A DNA stretch of 64,000 bases from positions 7,688,001 through 7,752,000 of the forward strand of contig JBHGNT010000001.1 in NCBI GenBank assembly GCA_043228905.1. The letters run 5' to 3'. The number at the start of each line of letters is the position of its first letter. The first letter of the stretch is position 1. Shown here in pieces: positions 1-11,415 of the stretch. This stretch comes from Azolla caroliniana. Lineage: Eukaryota > Plantae > Polypodiophyta. The notes beneath the pieces are model-generated. The model had not been told where the DNA came from. It ran no database searches and saw only the letters and a program-made list of their open reading frames with translations. A program made the position numbers and the translations under genes.

Positions 1-1661
1 GTTTAGTGAGAGGGTGACCTTATATAAAGCACCCTCCTCATACTTTGTAAAGTGCCGGTTAATCTTCTATGTAATGTTATTATCCTTGTACTTGCTATTC
101 TCTACTCATGTCAATATACATCTTGAGTATTCTATTTTCCTATCTATCTTGTGTCTCTCCTCTCTCCTTTTTTACACACACATAACACACCTCTCTAATC
201 TATTCCACTGGATAGAATCACACTTGATTCTTTACGCGTCACTCTTTCCTATAGTGTTGATGTAGGATCATTGCCTTAGGTCAAGCACTAGGTATCAAAT
301 ATATCTTAACACAATTTGCAACAGATATGTATCAAATACTTGTGCTCTAATCTCCAGGTGCTAGGTTTCTCTCAAATAACGACAACTCAAATTCAAAAAA
401 CAATTGAGCCAACGTTAATTTTCTTCATACCTATGTTGAAATCCTTGTATTTGAAAAGGCGAAGTTGCAATTTCCACCTCTTGATGGTAAAATATAAATC
501 ACATGGTGACTTTTTGTATTTTCAATGGCTACTACCATGACTTTGGAAAAACCCACATTAACTAATAGGCCATTCCATTCACAAAGAGGTAACATGTTGT
601 ACCTAAAAGTTTTCGAAACTTATGTTAAAATAGGCCAAAAACTAGAACCTCCTATGTATAAATTGAAACTAAGATAGTGAAAATGTTGAAAAGGCCAAAT
701 TTTCTCACGTTCTACCAAAGCTTCTTGAATGAACTCTTCTAGTTAACCAACAAATAAAATAGATAGAGTAGGTGATAGATCACATCCTTATTTCACTCCC
801 ATGGTGAGCATGATCTCTTTAGAAAAGTTATTTTCAATCTTCAACCAACATTTTACTCGATAATATAAGCGAGCCAAATTTGCTTCCACATGGAAAATAA
901 GTAGCTTCGTCTAAATAAAATAGATGTCAATATAACTTGAGGGGAGAATGAATACCTAAATATGCTTCTAGATGTTTTCAAAGCTCAAAAACTACACTTA
1001 CTATTTGTGAAATTAGCCAACTAGTTGTGTCAATGTGCATGATGAGCAGACTTGTCTATCACTACCATGTTTATGTTTTGTCTATAACACCTTTAGTTTT
1101 GTGTGGAAAAACAGAAGTCTGTGTAAAACTGAGTTGTAACTTGTAATGTAGGGGCATATTGTTCTTGCGGCCAAGCCGACTATATGAGCAACAAGTCTTC
1201 GTGATGATGTTCAAGAAAATATGTGGGGGGCTACAATGAAGTCATTCCATACAAACCTAATATCTCGGTGGATGCCCACGATGAAATCAATCCATACTGC
1301 CTAATCTCGGTGTATGCATTTAGGGCGATGGGATTAATTATTAGATAGTGAAGAGTATATTTTCCAAGAGTGTGTACTTTATTCAAATCTACATAATGTA
1401 CAACCCAAACGTATTGTATTGGATGCAGCAAAAGTATAAGTTCAAATTTTACAATATTTATTACACAACATGACCGTGTCACATGGGAGTGGAGCCCCAC
1501 CTTTGAAGGTTATGACCTCCCCCATTAAATGTTAAAACCAATGGATCTTAAGGATTGGGAAGAGAGAAAAGTGATGCAGTGATGATAAGCTCAAGAAATG
1601 TTGTGTAAGGCTAAAAAAAGCTATTAGAGAAAGAGAGGGAAGGAGGGAAGGAGGGAGAGAC

Positions 1662-3275
1662 ATGGCATATGTGCAGGTTGATCAAGATATAAGAGTGCGG
1701 GTTGTGAAGGAAGAGATGGTGAAGCCGAGCAGCAGGATAAGTAGAAGCAGCAATGGAAGTAGGGAGGGCGAATCGAGTGTGGTGGAACAAATGTTTGTGT
1801 CGTCCATCGACATGATCGGCCCCAAGGCTCCACACTTTGGTCGAATTCTCTTCTACGAGGCGAGCCCCACCCTAGGCTTCGGGGGACATCACGAACGCAT
1901 GGACAACATCATGAAGAGGTCATTGGGGTTGGCCTTGGACGAGTTCTACCCGCTCGCGGGACGCTTCCACATGGATGCCAATGGCCGGCTCCACATGGTG
2001 TGCAACGACACGGGTGTCCCTTTCGTGGAGGCTATGGTCGAGGGCAACGTGACATTGGCGGATCTCAGGCGATCGGGCGGATTCCAATGGCAACCTTTCT
2101 TCACCCAACTAGCCCCAAGTGTAGATCCAGAAGATTATTGCTCTGCACCCCCCTTGATTGTCCAGGTGTGAACGAAATCTCGCCTTTGATCTCTCTTTAC
2201 ACACTTATAACATACTTTGGGCCTTATGGGATTTACGAGGCCCCACAAGTTAGATCATCACCATGAGCTAGTCCCTGTCTCGTAGATGGCTAATAGTCTC
2301 TGGTGGATGTTAAAAAGATATTTATCTAATCTATCTATACAACACCCCTCACACACACATATGTATGTATTCCCCATAGTTTCAATTTTCTCTTTGTTTG
2401 TGAAAATTCAGATTTCCACATTCAAGTGTGGAGGCATTGCACTTGGGGTTTCTCGAAGCCATATCCTTTGTGATGGACACTCGTTTTGGCACTTCATGGT
2501 TTCGTGGGCCGAGTGTGCAAGAGGTGAACCCATCTCATTGCATCCGATTCATAATCGTTCATTGTTGAAGATTGATAACCCATCCCTAGAAAAAGCTGTA
2601 ATACACCTCGACCATATCGAGGATGAAGACAACCAATTGGGGCAAGGGGGTTCTATCAAAATGAACACATTCCTCTTCACAAAGAACACGCTGGAAACCT
2701 TGAAAAGACAGGTTGGTGGTGAGAACACGACGTACGAGGTTATTTGTGCCCACATATGGCGGCACACAACTAAAGCAAGGGAACATTTGCATGATAAGAA
2801 AGTAGGCTTTGTTTCGGTAGTTAACATGAGAGAACGAATAAACCCACCCTTAGGAAAAGCCTATTTTGGGAATGCGATTATGTTGACCATAGCGGTTGCC
2901 ACGACGGGGGAGCTCAAGGATGAGGATCTCGTGGTTACAGCTAAACGTATACATAAATCTATACGTGCTTGTAATAGTGAGACATTTCATAGTTGGCTCC
3001 ATTGGGTGGAGATCTATGGTGGTGGTGCCATCTTTGAAAGATGTTTACCCAATGGTGCACGTATTGGAGCATCAAGCTCCCATAACTTTCCTATTTTTAA
3101 ACTTAACTTTGGTTGGGGTAAACCTTTGGCATGTCGAATTCCAAGAATGGATGATGTAGGAAAAATTGTATTCTTTCCAGGTGGCGATATTCATGGTAAT
3201 ATTGAAGTTCTTTTGCCTCTACCTACTCATGTTATGCATCGACTAGAAAGAGATGACATGTTTGTCAATCCTTAA
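1662..3275 (+). CDS. BAHD acyltransferase, type A, intact (exon 1 1662-2165, intron 2166-2411, exon 2 2412-3275; 455 aa)
   Basis: Exon 1 MAYVQV...FYPLAGR...PPLIVQ ends CAG|GTGTGA. The acceptor TTCAG|ATTTCC resumes ISTFKCGG...SHILCDG (HXXXD), YFGNA and NFGWG. 504+864 nt, in frame, no stops. The intron follows the Gln 17 residues before the catalytic His, which is the conserved BAHD position. Confidence 0.93.
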
Positions 3276-4724
3276 GCCAATTTATGGTGTTTATCGTTCC
3301 TTTACCCATTTCGAGTTTAAAACATTTGAGTTTTGCTTGTGTATATGTGAGATTGTAAGCTTATGAACAATATTTTAATGATGATTAAGCTATGTTGATG
3401 TAATACTAATGCATTTGTAGCTCAGTAGTCATAATTCTAATGTTCATTGGGCATATGAAATCTTTGATTGATATATTACTTTCCACTCAATGTGCGAGAA
3501 GGTTGCATTGTGTGCAAAAGTTGAATATTATGGTTTGGGGATTTTACCAATATAACACTTAATAGGAATATTCCAACAAGCCAGTAGTTTGACGAGGAAG
3601 CAAATGAGTATTAACAAATCATGGCACCTTTTTCACAAATGTTAATCAATTATGACAACGTTGTGTATATAAAGTGGATAGAATTCATCCAACAAAAATA
3701 TTGAAATCAGGTCGAAACAATCAATTGTACAATATACATTCTCATTGTCTAAGACAACATGGTGTCAATGTTTTGAAAAGTGTTGCTTGATATGGTGCAT
3801 ACTGCCAATTTAGTTTGCATATCGATGACCTTATGACATACTGGCACACTTTTCTTTTGTCTACCAATGTTGGGCAGTGTTAATTCTAGAACAATTTCAA
3901 CTAAATTGTAAATATGTGTATCAAGCACTCGCAAAGTTCGATTTAAAGTAGCAATCAAGCATTCGTTTTTTTTATCAAGAACTCCAATCAAGTATAACAT
4001 TAGCGAGTGTAAAAAAAAAGTTGTTTCGTAAAACATTCAAACGACAATGTTGATATTGCATATGCCATAGTTACTGTAACTAGCAACATTTTTATTTTGT
4101 ATCCAACACATCATGTGTCATGATATTGTTCGTTTCTGTCCTTAGTGTTCAAGGTGGATGATCTTTTTCTTCATACATAGGATCATTATATTCTTGCTAT
4201 GAATATGTGATGTAAAATATAGTAACTACATTGAAGTCTATGTGGGACACCAAATTGAATAATTGTAAAATTAAATTCAAACACCGATGAATTTGATTGA
4301 CTAAAATTAGTGCAGGCATGCATTGGCAAGTTCCTTCGACTATGAGCATGTGGTACACTCTCACTTAAAAAGTAACAAACAGATCGATGGCTATTTGTCC
4401 TACCGACACGAGTTTAAAGTTTGAACCTTGGTTTGTGTCTTCAATGGGCAGAAGTTGATTCCTCCAAATCAAATAGATGTCAATATACATAACTTGAGGG
4501 GAGAACGAATACCTAAATAGGCTTCTAGATGTTTCCAAATAAAAAATATGGGATGTGGAGCCCACCTTTGAATGCTACAATTTTATATGACCACCTACCT
4601 TGAAAGTGATGGAGCTCAAGGATTGGGAAGAGAGAAAAAAGTGATGGATGGATGATAAGCTCAAGAAATGGTGTGTAAGACTAAGACAAGCGATTAGAGA
4701 AAGAGAGAGTAGGGAGGGAGAGAC

Positions 4725-6330
4725 ATGGGATATGTGCAGGTTGATCAAGATATAAGAGTGCGGGTTGTGAAGGAAGAGATGGTGAGGCCGAGCAGCAGGA
4801 TAAAGGAGAAGCAGCAATGGAAGTAGGGATCGGCGAATCGCGTGTGGAACGAATGTTTCTGTCGGCCATGGACACGATGGGCCCCAAGGCTCCACACTTC
4901 GGTCGAATTCTCTTCTACAAGGCGAACCCCACACTAGGCTTTGGTGGACATCATGGAAGCATGGAAGAGGAGATCATGAAGAGGTCTTTGGGATTGGCAT
5001 TGGACAAGTTCTACCCACTTGTGGGGCGCCTCCATGCGGATGCCAATGGCCGGCTCCACGTGGTGTGCGACGACACGAGTGTCCCTTTCGTGGAGGCCGT
5101 GATTGAGGGCAACAAAACATTGGTGGATCTCAAGCAATACTGGGGCTTCCAACGGCAGCCTTTCTTCACCCAGCTGGCCCCAAGTGTAGATTCAGAAGAC
5201 CATTGCTCTGCAGCCCCATTGATTGTCAAGGTGTGAACAAACATCTCACCTTTGATCTCCCTTTACACACTTACATCATACTTTGGGTCTTCGGGCCTTT
5301 ACTGGGCCCCACAAATTCGACCATAACCATGAGCTAGGCCCCGTCTCGTAGAAAGCTATTGGTCTCTTGTGGATGTTAAAAGATATCTATCTAATCTATC
5401 TATCTATCTATTAAACACACCTCCCACATACATATGTGTCTATTCTCCATAGTTTCAATTTTCTTTTTGTTTGTTAAAATTCAGATTTCCATATTCAAGT
5501 GTGAAGCCATGTCCTTTGTGATGGCCACTTGTTTGGCACTTCATGGTTTCGTGGGCTGAGTGTACAAGAGGTGAACCCATCTCATTGCCCACTCATGGTT
5601 TCCGATTCATAATCATTCTTTGTTGAAGATTGATGACCCATGCCTAGAGAAAGTTGTACTACACCTCACCCATATCGAGGATGAAGACAACCACATGGCA
5701 GGGGGTTCTATCAAAATGAACACATTCCTCTTCACCAAGGACATGATGGAATCCTTGCAAAGACAGGTTGGTGGTGAGAACACGGCGTACGAGGTTATTT
5801 ATGCCCACATATGGCGTCACACATCTAAAGCAAGGGAACATTTGGATGATAAGAAAGTAGGTTTTGTTTCGATAGTTAACATGAGAGAACAAATAGAGCC
5901 ACCTTTAGGAAAGGCCTATTTTGGGAATGCGGTTATGTTGACCATAGTTGTTGCCACGGCGAGGGAGCTCAAGGATGAGGATCTCGTGGTTACAGGTCAA
6001 CATATACACAAATCTATACGCAATTGTAAAAAGCAAAACATTTCATAGTTGGCTCCATTGGGTGGAGATCTATGGTGGTGATGCCATCTTTGAAAGAATT
6101 TTACGCAATAATGCATGTATTGGAACATCAAGCTCCCATAACTTTCCTATTTTAAAACTTAACTTTGGTTAGGGTTAACCTTTGGCATGTCGAATTCCAA
6201 GTATGCATAATGTAGGAAAAATTGTATTCTTTCCTCGTGGTGATATTCATCGTAATATTGAAGTTCTTTTGCCTCAACCTACTCATGTTATGCATCAACT
6301 AGAAAGTGATGACATGTTTGGCAATCCTAA
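4725..6330 (+). pseudogene. BAHD acyltransferase pseudogene, type B
   Basis: Colinear with the intact B gene at 24134. It has single-base insertions near 4803 and 4831, a deletion just before the HXXXD codons (~5503), further frameshifts, and FGWG changed to FG* (TAG ~6170). Intron is 5231-5484. Confidence 0.92.
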
Positions 6331-6651
6331 GCCAATTTATGGTGTTCTTCGTTCCTTTACCCATTTCAAGTTTAAAACATTTGAGTTGTGATTTTGTATA
6401 TGTGAGATTGTAAGCTTATGAACAATATTTTAATGATAATTAAGCTATGTTTATGTAATACTAATGCATTTGTAGCTCATTACTAGTCATAATTCTAATG
6501 TTCATTGGGCACATGTAGGTGGAACTCTTTGATTGATATATTACTTTCCACTCAATGTGCAAGAAGATTGTGTTGTGTGGAAAAGTGGAATCTTTTGGTT
6601 TGGGGATTTTACCAATATAACACTAATTATAGGAACATCCCATCAATTTGA

Positions 6652-6820
6652 CAAGGACGTAAAAAGTGTATTAACAAATCATGGTACCTTTTTCACAAAA
6701 GTTAATGAATTATGACAACCTTTGTATATATAATGCCAAGGACACAAAAGTGTATTAACAAATGATGGCACCTTTTCCACAAAAGCTAATGAATTATGAC
6801 AACTTTTGTGTATACAATGT
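6652..6820. repeat. Two-copy ~85-bp tandem duplication downstream of B-type genes (also ~26068-26235 and ~47325-47492)
   Basis: caaggac...aaaagtgtattaacaaat(c/g)atgg(t/c)acc...aatgaattatgacaac is repeated with a period of 85. It is single-copy downstream of A-type genes. Confidence 0.85.
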
Positions 6821-7184
6821 GGATAGAAAACATCCAACAAAAATATTGAAATCTTGTCAAAACAATGAATCGAACATTAAACATTCTCACTGTCTAAGAC
6901 ATCATGCTGTCGAAGTTGTGAAAAGAGTTGCTTGATATGGTGCGGAGCAACAACGCAACATGGGTCATGACAAAGGCGTGTTTTTGTCTGTAGAGTGTTT
7001 CAAGGTAGATGATCTTTTTCTTCATTAGTAAGAAGATCAATAGGTTCTTGCTAAGAACACGTGAAAAGGATGTCGAAGTCTACTACATGGTGCACCGAAT
7101 CGATATAACCTTAAATTTAAAGTCCTTCGCCTGATGAATCGGATTGACTGGAATGATTGGAGGCAGAGCAAAGCATTCGGCAAG

Positions 7185-7253
7185 TTCTTCCACTGCCTCA
7201 GCCCATGGATCGACAACACACAGTACCTCACAGCCCCCCCCTTGTGCATTCAG
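7185..7253 (+). pseudogene. 3' remnant of exon 1 of the divergent type-C BAHD gene, followed by its intron (7254-~9286)
   Basis: Translates FFHCLSPWIDNTQYLTAPPLCIQ|GTGTGA, which aligns with FFTQLAPSVDPEDYCSAPPLIVQ|GTGTGA of types A/B. Downstream 7853-9286 matches the sequence that precedes type-C exon 2 at 26472-27903. Confidence 0.82.
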
Positions 7254-7562
7254 GTGTGAATCTCCATCTCCATCTCCGTCTCCATCTCTCACTCTATTCA
7301 CTTTTTAAAGCTTTCGGAAAGGAACACCAGATAAAAAGACATGGTTGGATGCATTTTTTGAAACTTTGTGTTAATATGTATCGATGTACATATATAATGT
7401 GGAGTAATATGGATTAGATCTCAGTACTTTTTTGAATGTCGGATTTCTCCATGGTTCTGTATGCTCAATGTTGAGGCCTGTAAATTAGTGATCCGCAGAA
7501 AGCGAAAGTCTAAATGGTATAAAAGAAGGGGAATTCATTTATGGAACATTAGTAGATCAAAG

Positions 7563-7826
7563 CCAGTCATGGGGTAGTCATCTCATGTCTTAGATATGGA
7601 ATTGTGTATTAATCCATAGTCTCCACTCAATAATATCAACCTGGTCATGGGTTAGTCATCTCATTTCTTAGATATGTAATCGTATATTCATCCATAGTCT
7701 TCTTCATATTAATCCATAGTCTCCACTCAATAAGGTCGAAGCTGGTCATGGGGTAGTCATCTCATTTCTTACATTTGTAATCTTGTATTCATCCATAGTC
7801 TTGTTCATATTAATCCATAGTCTCCA
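7563..7826. repeat. Three-copy tandem repeat, 78-101 bp units
   Basis: gtcatggg(g/t)tagtcatctcat(g/t)tctta...taatccatagtctcca starts at ~7563, ~7641 and ~7742. Confidence 0.85.
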
Positions 7827-8265
7827 TCTCATCTAACTCAACACCTATCTCATTCTTCCAACATTCTTCCTGCTCTTTGCACGTCTCTTCTCTTAACTTC
7901 CATCTTTCTAGTCTTGTGACTCCTTTTGCGCACTTTCTTTCTTGCTTCTTGCTCAAGGCTCATCTTATCTCATGTAAATGTTTTACTCATGTCATTCTCT
8001 CATGCACAAATAAATGCTTGCTTCATAAATATATGCCTTGCAAAGTCTCAAAGGGAAACACCGTAAGAACGCCAAGAAGCTTTTAAGTACTTAATGAGTT
8101 TAAATTAGCTAAATAGAAGGCATCACAAGATCTACAGTCATGCAAAAGGCTTATTTGTAAAAAAAATGAGAACTTGCAAAGTATATGCAATAAATCCTCC
8201 ATACCCAAGAGAAAGCATATGCTTGTGCTGAATCTTGGAGAAAACTAATGGGGGAAACACATTAT

Positions 8266-8412
8266 GAGTTATGGTAGCTTAACCCAAGAGAGGTGTGACG
8301 CACTGTAGAAATCCATAACATGTTCAAAGATATGGTAGCTTAACCCAAGGGTGGTGTAGTGCATTGTGAGAATCTATAACATGTTCAGAGTTATGATATC
8401 TTCGCCCAAGAG
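8266..8412. repeat. ~61-bp tandem repeat, ~2.4 copies (also ~26882-27028 and ~48139-48285)
   Basis: atggtagcttaacccaag...ataacatgttca occurs at 8271 and 8332, with a partial third copy. Confidence 0.8.
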
Positions 8413-9289
8413 TAAGAATCTATATATTTAATCAAATATGGGAAAGATTGTACATATCATTGTTCTATTTAGTATTTCATTGCTTCTTTGCCATTAGGAT
8501 ATATATGGAAGGTTCAAGTAATTGGCCACCCACTAGAAAGAAACAAGAATTGGGCAGGCCAATGTTAGTTGACTTGAGGCATTAATGTCCATTTCATGGA
8601 TATGGAAAGGAAAAAGCTTCCCTATTCTAGAGAAGGACACTCAAGGGTTTGTGACAAAATATATCTAGATGAAGGTCTTGCACCAAAACAAGTAGCATAC
8701 TGTGAAGAAATTATGCCATGAGTTCTCCATTCAAGAAGAGAAAAAAAAGGTTCTCTAAAATGGTGGGTGTGGTTATATTATGTGCAAGATACGTGCATAA
8801 CATTGTATGGCCCATGAGACCTCATGCATGTCTACATAGAATTACAGTGGTATATTAAAGATACTTTCTAGAACACATATATTGTATTTAAACAAAGATA
8901 CTTGAACTTAAACCACCGAGCACTTGTACTTGGATCACTAGAACCAATAATTGAAGCATTGTTCAAGAATTGAAAATTTTGTCTCTTAAATCATTCAAAT
9001 GACTTTCATACTACATGTGATATTTGACTCCCAACATAGCGTGCCAAATGAAAACTTTCATTTTCTTACGTTAGTGTTCAAGGTGGATCATCTTTTTCTT
9101 TATGTATTAGACAGTTATCTTCTTGCTGTGAAAGTGATATAAATGTCGAAAGCAAGTCCTCCACAGTATGTTAAATTAGTTATCCCATCAATGAAATCGG
9201 CTAACGTGATTGAAGGCTGCCATTGAAGTGTTTGCTGAAAATTATTATGTGATTAATGTTGTGTTGTTTTTAATAAAAATAGATCATCA

Positions 9290-9715
9290 ATGACCTTCAT
9301 CGTCCTCGAGTCATCATCAATCTTCTTTTCATGTTGGATGCGTTCTTTAGGAGTCTCGACTTCTTTAGATGGTTTTGCTTTTTCTACGCTTGGTCTTACC
9401 AAGTCAATATCATGGAGCCATTGATGATGCCTGTCGATCTTGTTGCATGCTTGCTTCATCGCAACCCAGTCCGCCACAAGCCCGTTCGCTTGGGTATCAT
9501 CTTCGAGGAGAGTCCCCAACTCTCATCTATCCTTCATATCCACAGCCTTCAAGAAGTACAAACTCTTGTCTTTCTCAAGTAGCACTTGGTCCATGGCGGG
9601 GAGACAACCAAACATCTGGTTGAACTCGTTGTATACCCTCGAGACGCTCGTCTTCTTATTTTTCTTCTCTATCCATTTCATGAGGACATTTCGAGTCATC
9701 CTCGTCGAGTCAGGA
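9290..9715 (-). mobile_element. Degenerate retrotransposon gag-like ORF fragment (truncated copy)
   Basis: Minus frame reads DSTRMTRNVLMKWIEKKNKKTSVSRVYNEFNQMF...LYFLKAVDMKDR*ELGTLLEDDTQ with one TGA. The family assignment comes from recalled resemblance only. Confidence 0.5.
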
Positions 9716-9865
9716 CGCGCGCATGCGTGGATGCGTACACTACTACGCGGTCGGGAGTTTTGCGCGCGGACACGTCTATGATTTGGTTGCGACGTACATA
9801 CGGATTGCGCACGGGCTAAACTTTATGGATGATTGTGTCATTTGGCCGAATTATACGGACAATCG

Positions 9866-9996
9866 CATGCAACCAAAAGCCAAGGCCATGCAACTAAAAG
9901 TAAAAGGCATGCATCTAAAAATGGAAGCATGCAACTAAAAGCAGAGGCCATGCAACTAAAAATAGAGGCCATCCAACTAAAAGTGGGCATGCAAAG
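9866..9996. repeat. 20-21 bp minisatellite (atgcaactaaaa core), ~6 units (also ~31500-31630 and ~52757-52887)
   Basis: Successive catgcaac(c/t)aaaag.../atgcatctaaaa/atccaactaaaa units. Confidence 0.85.
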
Positions 9997-10376
9997 TAAC
10001 ATTGGGGAGGAGGATCAACGAGGAGCTGGATATATGTCCCATTTTTTCCCTCCTAGTTTTTTTGCTTCCTTCTTTTCTTCTTCCCTGTTGGATTCGAGAA
10101 ACAAATTATCTCACATATTGATATCAAACTCCTAGCTTTGTTTACTTGATCTTTCTTGTCAAAAATGATCTCTCGTATTCATATCGGACCACTCCTTGCA
10201 TGGTTGTTGGCTCCTTTCTTTGAAAAATTAATCTCCCATTTCCATACCCAACCCATGGTAACACGATTCTGAAATTATAAAGAATCGATTTTCTTTTGCA
10301 ATAAACTAATGATTTGTCTCTCCCACTTGTCTTATGCTTAAAACTTGCTTGTGTTTGTTGTACATGTTGCTCTAAA

Positions 10377-10946
10377 TCTTTCTAGTCCAGAACCCCGACG
10401 GTTCCGTCTCACGATCTGCACATAGTGACGGATTTTCACGACAACGCCTCTTCCAGAACGATTGCCTCCTGACCCAAGCCGCCTTCAGGGAGTGCACGGG
10501 CTTGCTGAACCGTGTTGGGTCTTGTGCGCCAAGGAGGGGAACCTGCCAACGAACCACCTAGCGTGCGGGCTCTTCGCAAGCGACAGAAGCCAACACCCAC
10601 ACATAGAGACATACCAGACCATGGAGCACTGACAACCAACAAACAGGAGCTCAGGGGAGGCGCATACAGCTCGCACGCCGCCTGCCACAACCGAACACAC
10701 CACCTACGCACGCACATAGATGACACCGAAACCCTAACAGAAAAATAGAGACAACACACACACCAAGATGAAGAGAAGACATAAATAGACGTTATACATA
10801 GAAGTTTATTAACACCAAAAATGGTTCTTACCCATTGGGTCCCAAATAGTTTCGTTCCTTATTGTTCCCCACTTAATTATGTCGTGAAGATCGGTCACTA
10901 CGAGCGGATCGTGAGGCGAAACCGTCGGGGTTCTGGACCGGAAGGA
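10377..10946. repeat. 67-bp inverted repeat (arms 10377-10443 and 10880-10946, 57/67 identical), probably two related LTR ends in opposite orientation
   Basis: Left arm ...gtccagaaccccgacggttccgtctcacgatc...ttcacgaca versus right arm tgtcgtgaa...gatcgtgaggcgaaaccgtcggggttctggac, aligned by hand. Confidence 0.85.
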
Positions 10947-11334
10947 CTCGAAGTACGCACTAACTTTAGCGAGAAAGGATTTAAGATAGATTGACAGAGA
11001 GATTGAGATAAAATAGAACGCTTGACTTTAGATTGAGAGAGATATTAAGATTTTAGGCTGGACTTTAGATTTGAAGAACAAGATTAATACATCAATTGAA
11101 TAATGAATTTTCTTCTTAATATTAATTTTGATATAAAGTACAAAGCTTGCTTGATAAAAAAATCCCCCTTTTGCTTGATTCCTCCACTCTTTTATAGATG
11201 CCGCCATGCATATGGTGCATGTGAGGGTGCAAGACATGCACGCAATGCATGCTTGCCATGTCATCATCTAAGTTCTCACACATGAGAATTTACATGTAAA
11301 ACTATAATGATAAAAATATAATCTCTAAAGAAAT

Positions 11335-11415
11335 GGTTTGGCTTAATGGTAAACTTATTGCTTTTTATGTTGGAGGTGTTAAGTTCGAGTCTTGCTTACA
11401 TCTTTTTCTTTTATG
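11335..11415 (+). other. Degenerate tRNA-derived (SINE-head-like) sequence with Pol III A and B boxes
   Basis: A box TGGCTTAATGG at 11339-11349 and B box GTTCGAGTC at 11383-11391 have tRNA-like spacing and are followed by T runs. There is no intact cloverleaf. Confidence 0.5.

Noticed and set aside
1478-1510. Conserved CACATG...GTGGAGCCC(C)AC motif ~180 bp upstream of the BAHD start codons as MYC/TCP sites
   Set aside because: The short motifs are shared simply by recent descent, and the TCP consensus is not matched exactly. Function is unsupported.
2286-2411. N-terminal extensions of the 329-aa and 323-aa ORFs as separate single-exon genes
   Set aside because: They are translated intron sequence upstream of the AG acceptor.
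2860-2880. YFGNA as the anthocyanin acyltransferase YFGNC signature
   Set aside because: YFGN(A/x) is widespread among BAHDs and does not indicate the substrate.
7563-8412. Short repeats as a CRISPR-like array
   Set aside because: They are degenerate head-to-tail repeats with no unique spacers, in a eukaryotic intron context with no cas genes.
9836-10443. TGTCA...CGACA segment as a solo LTR
   Set aside because: The termini are suggestive, but the flanks (GATTG / ACGCC) are not a TSD, so the boundaries are unsupported.
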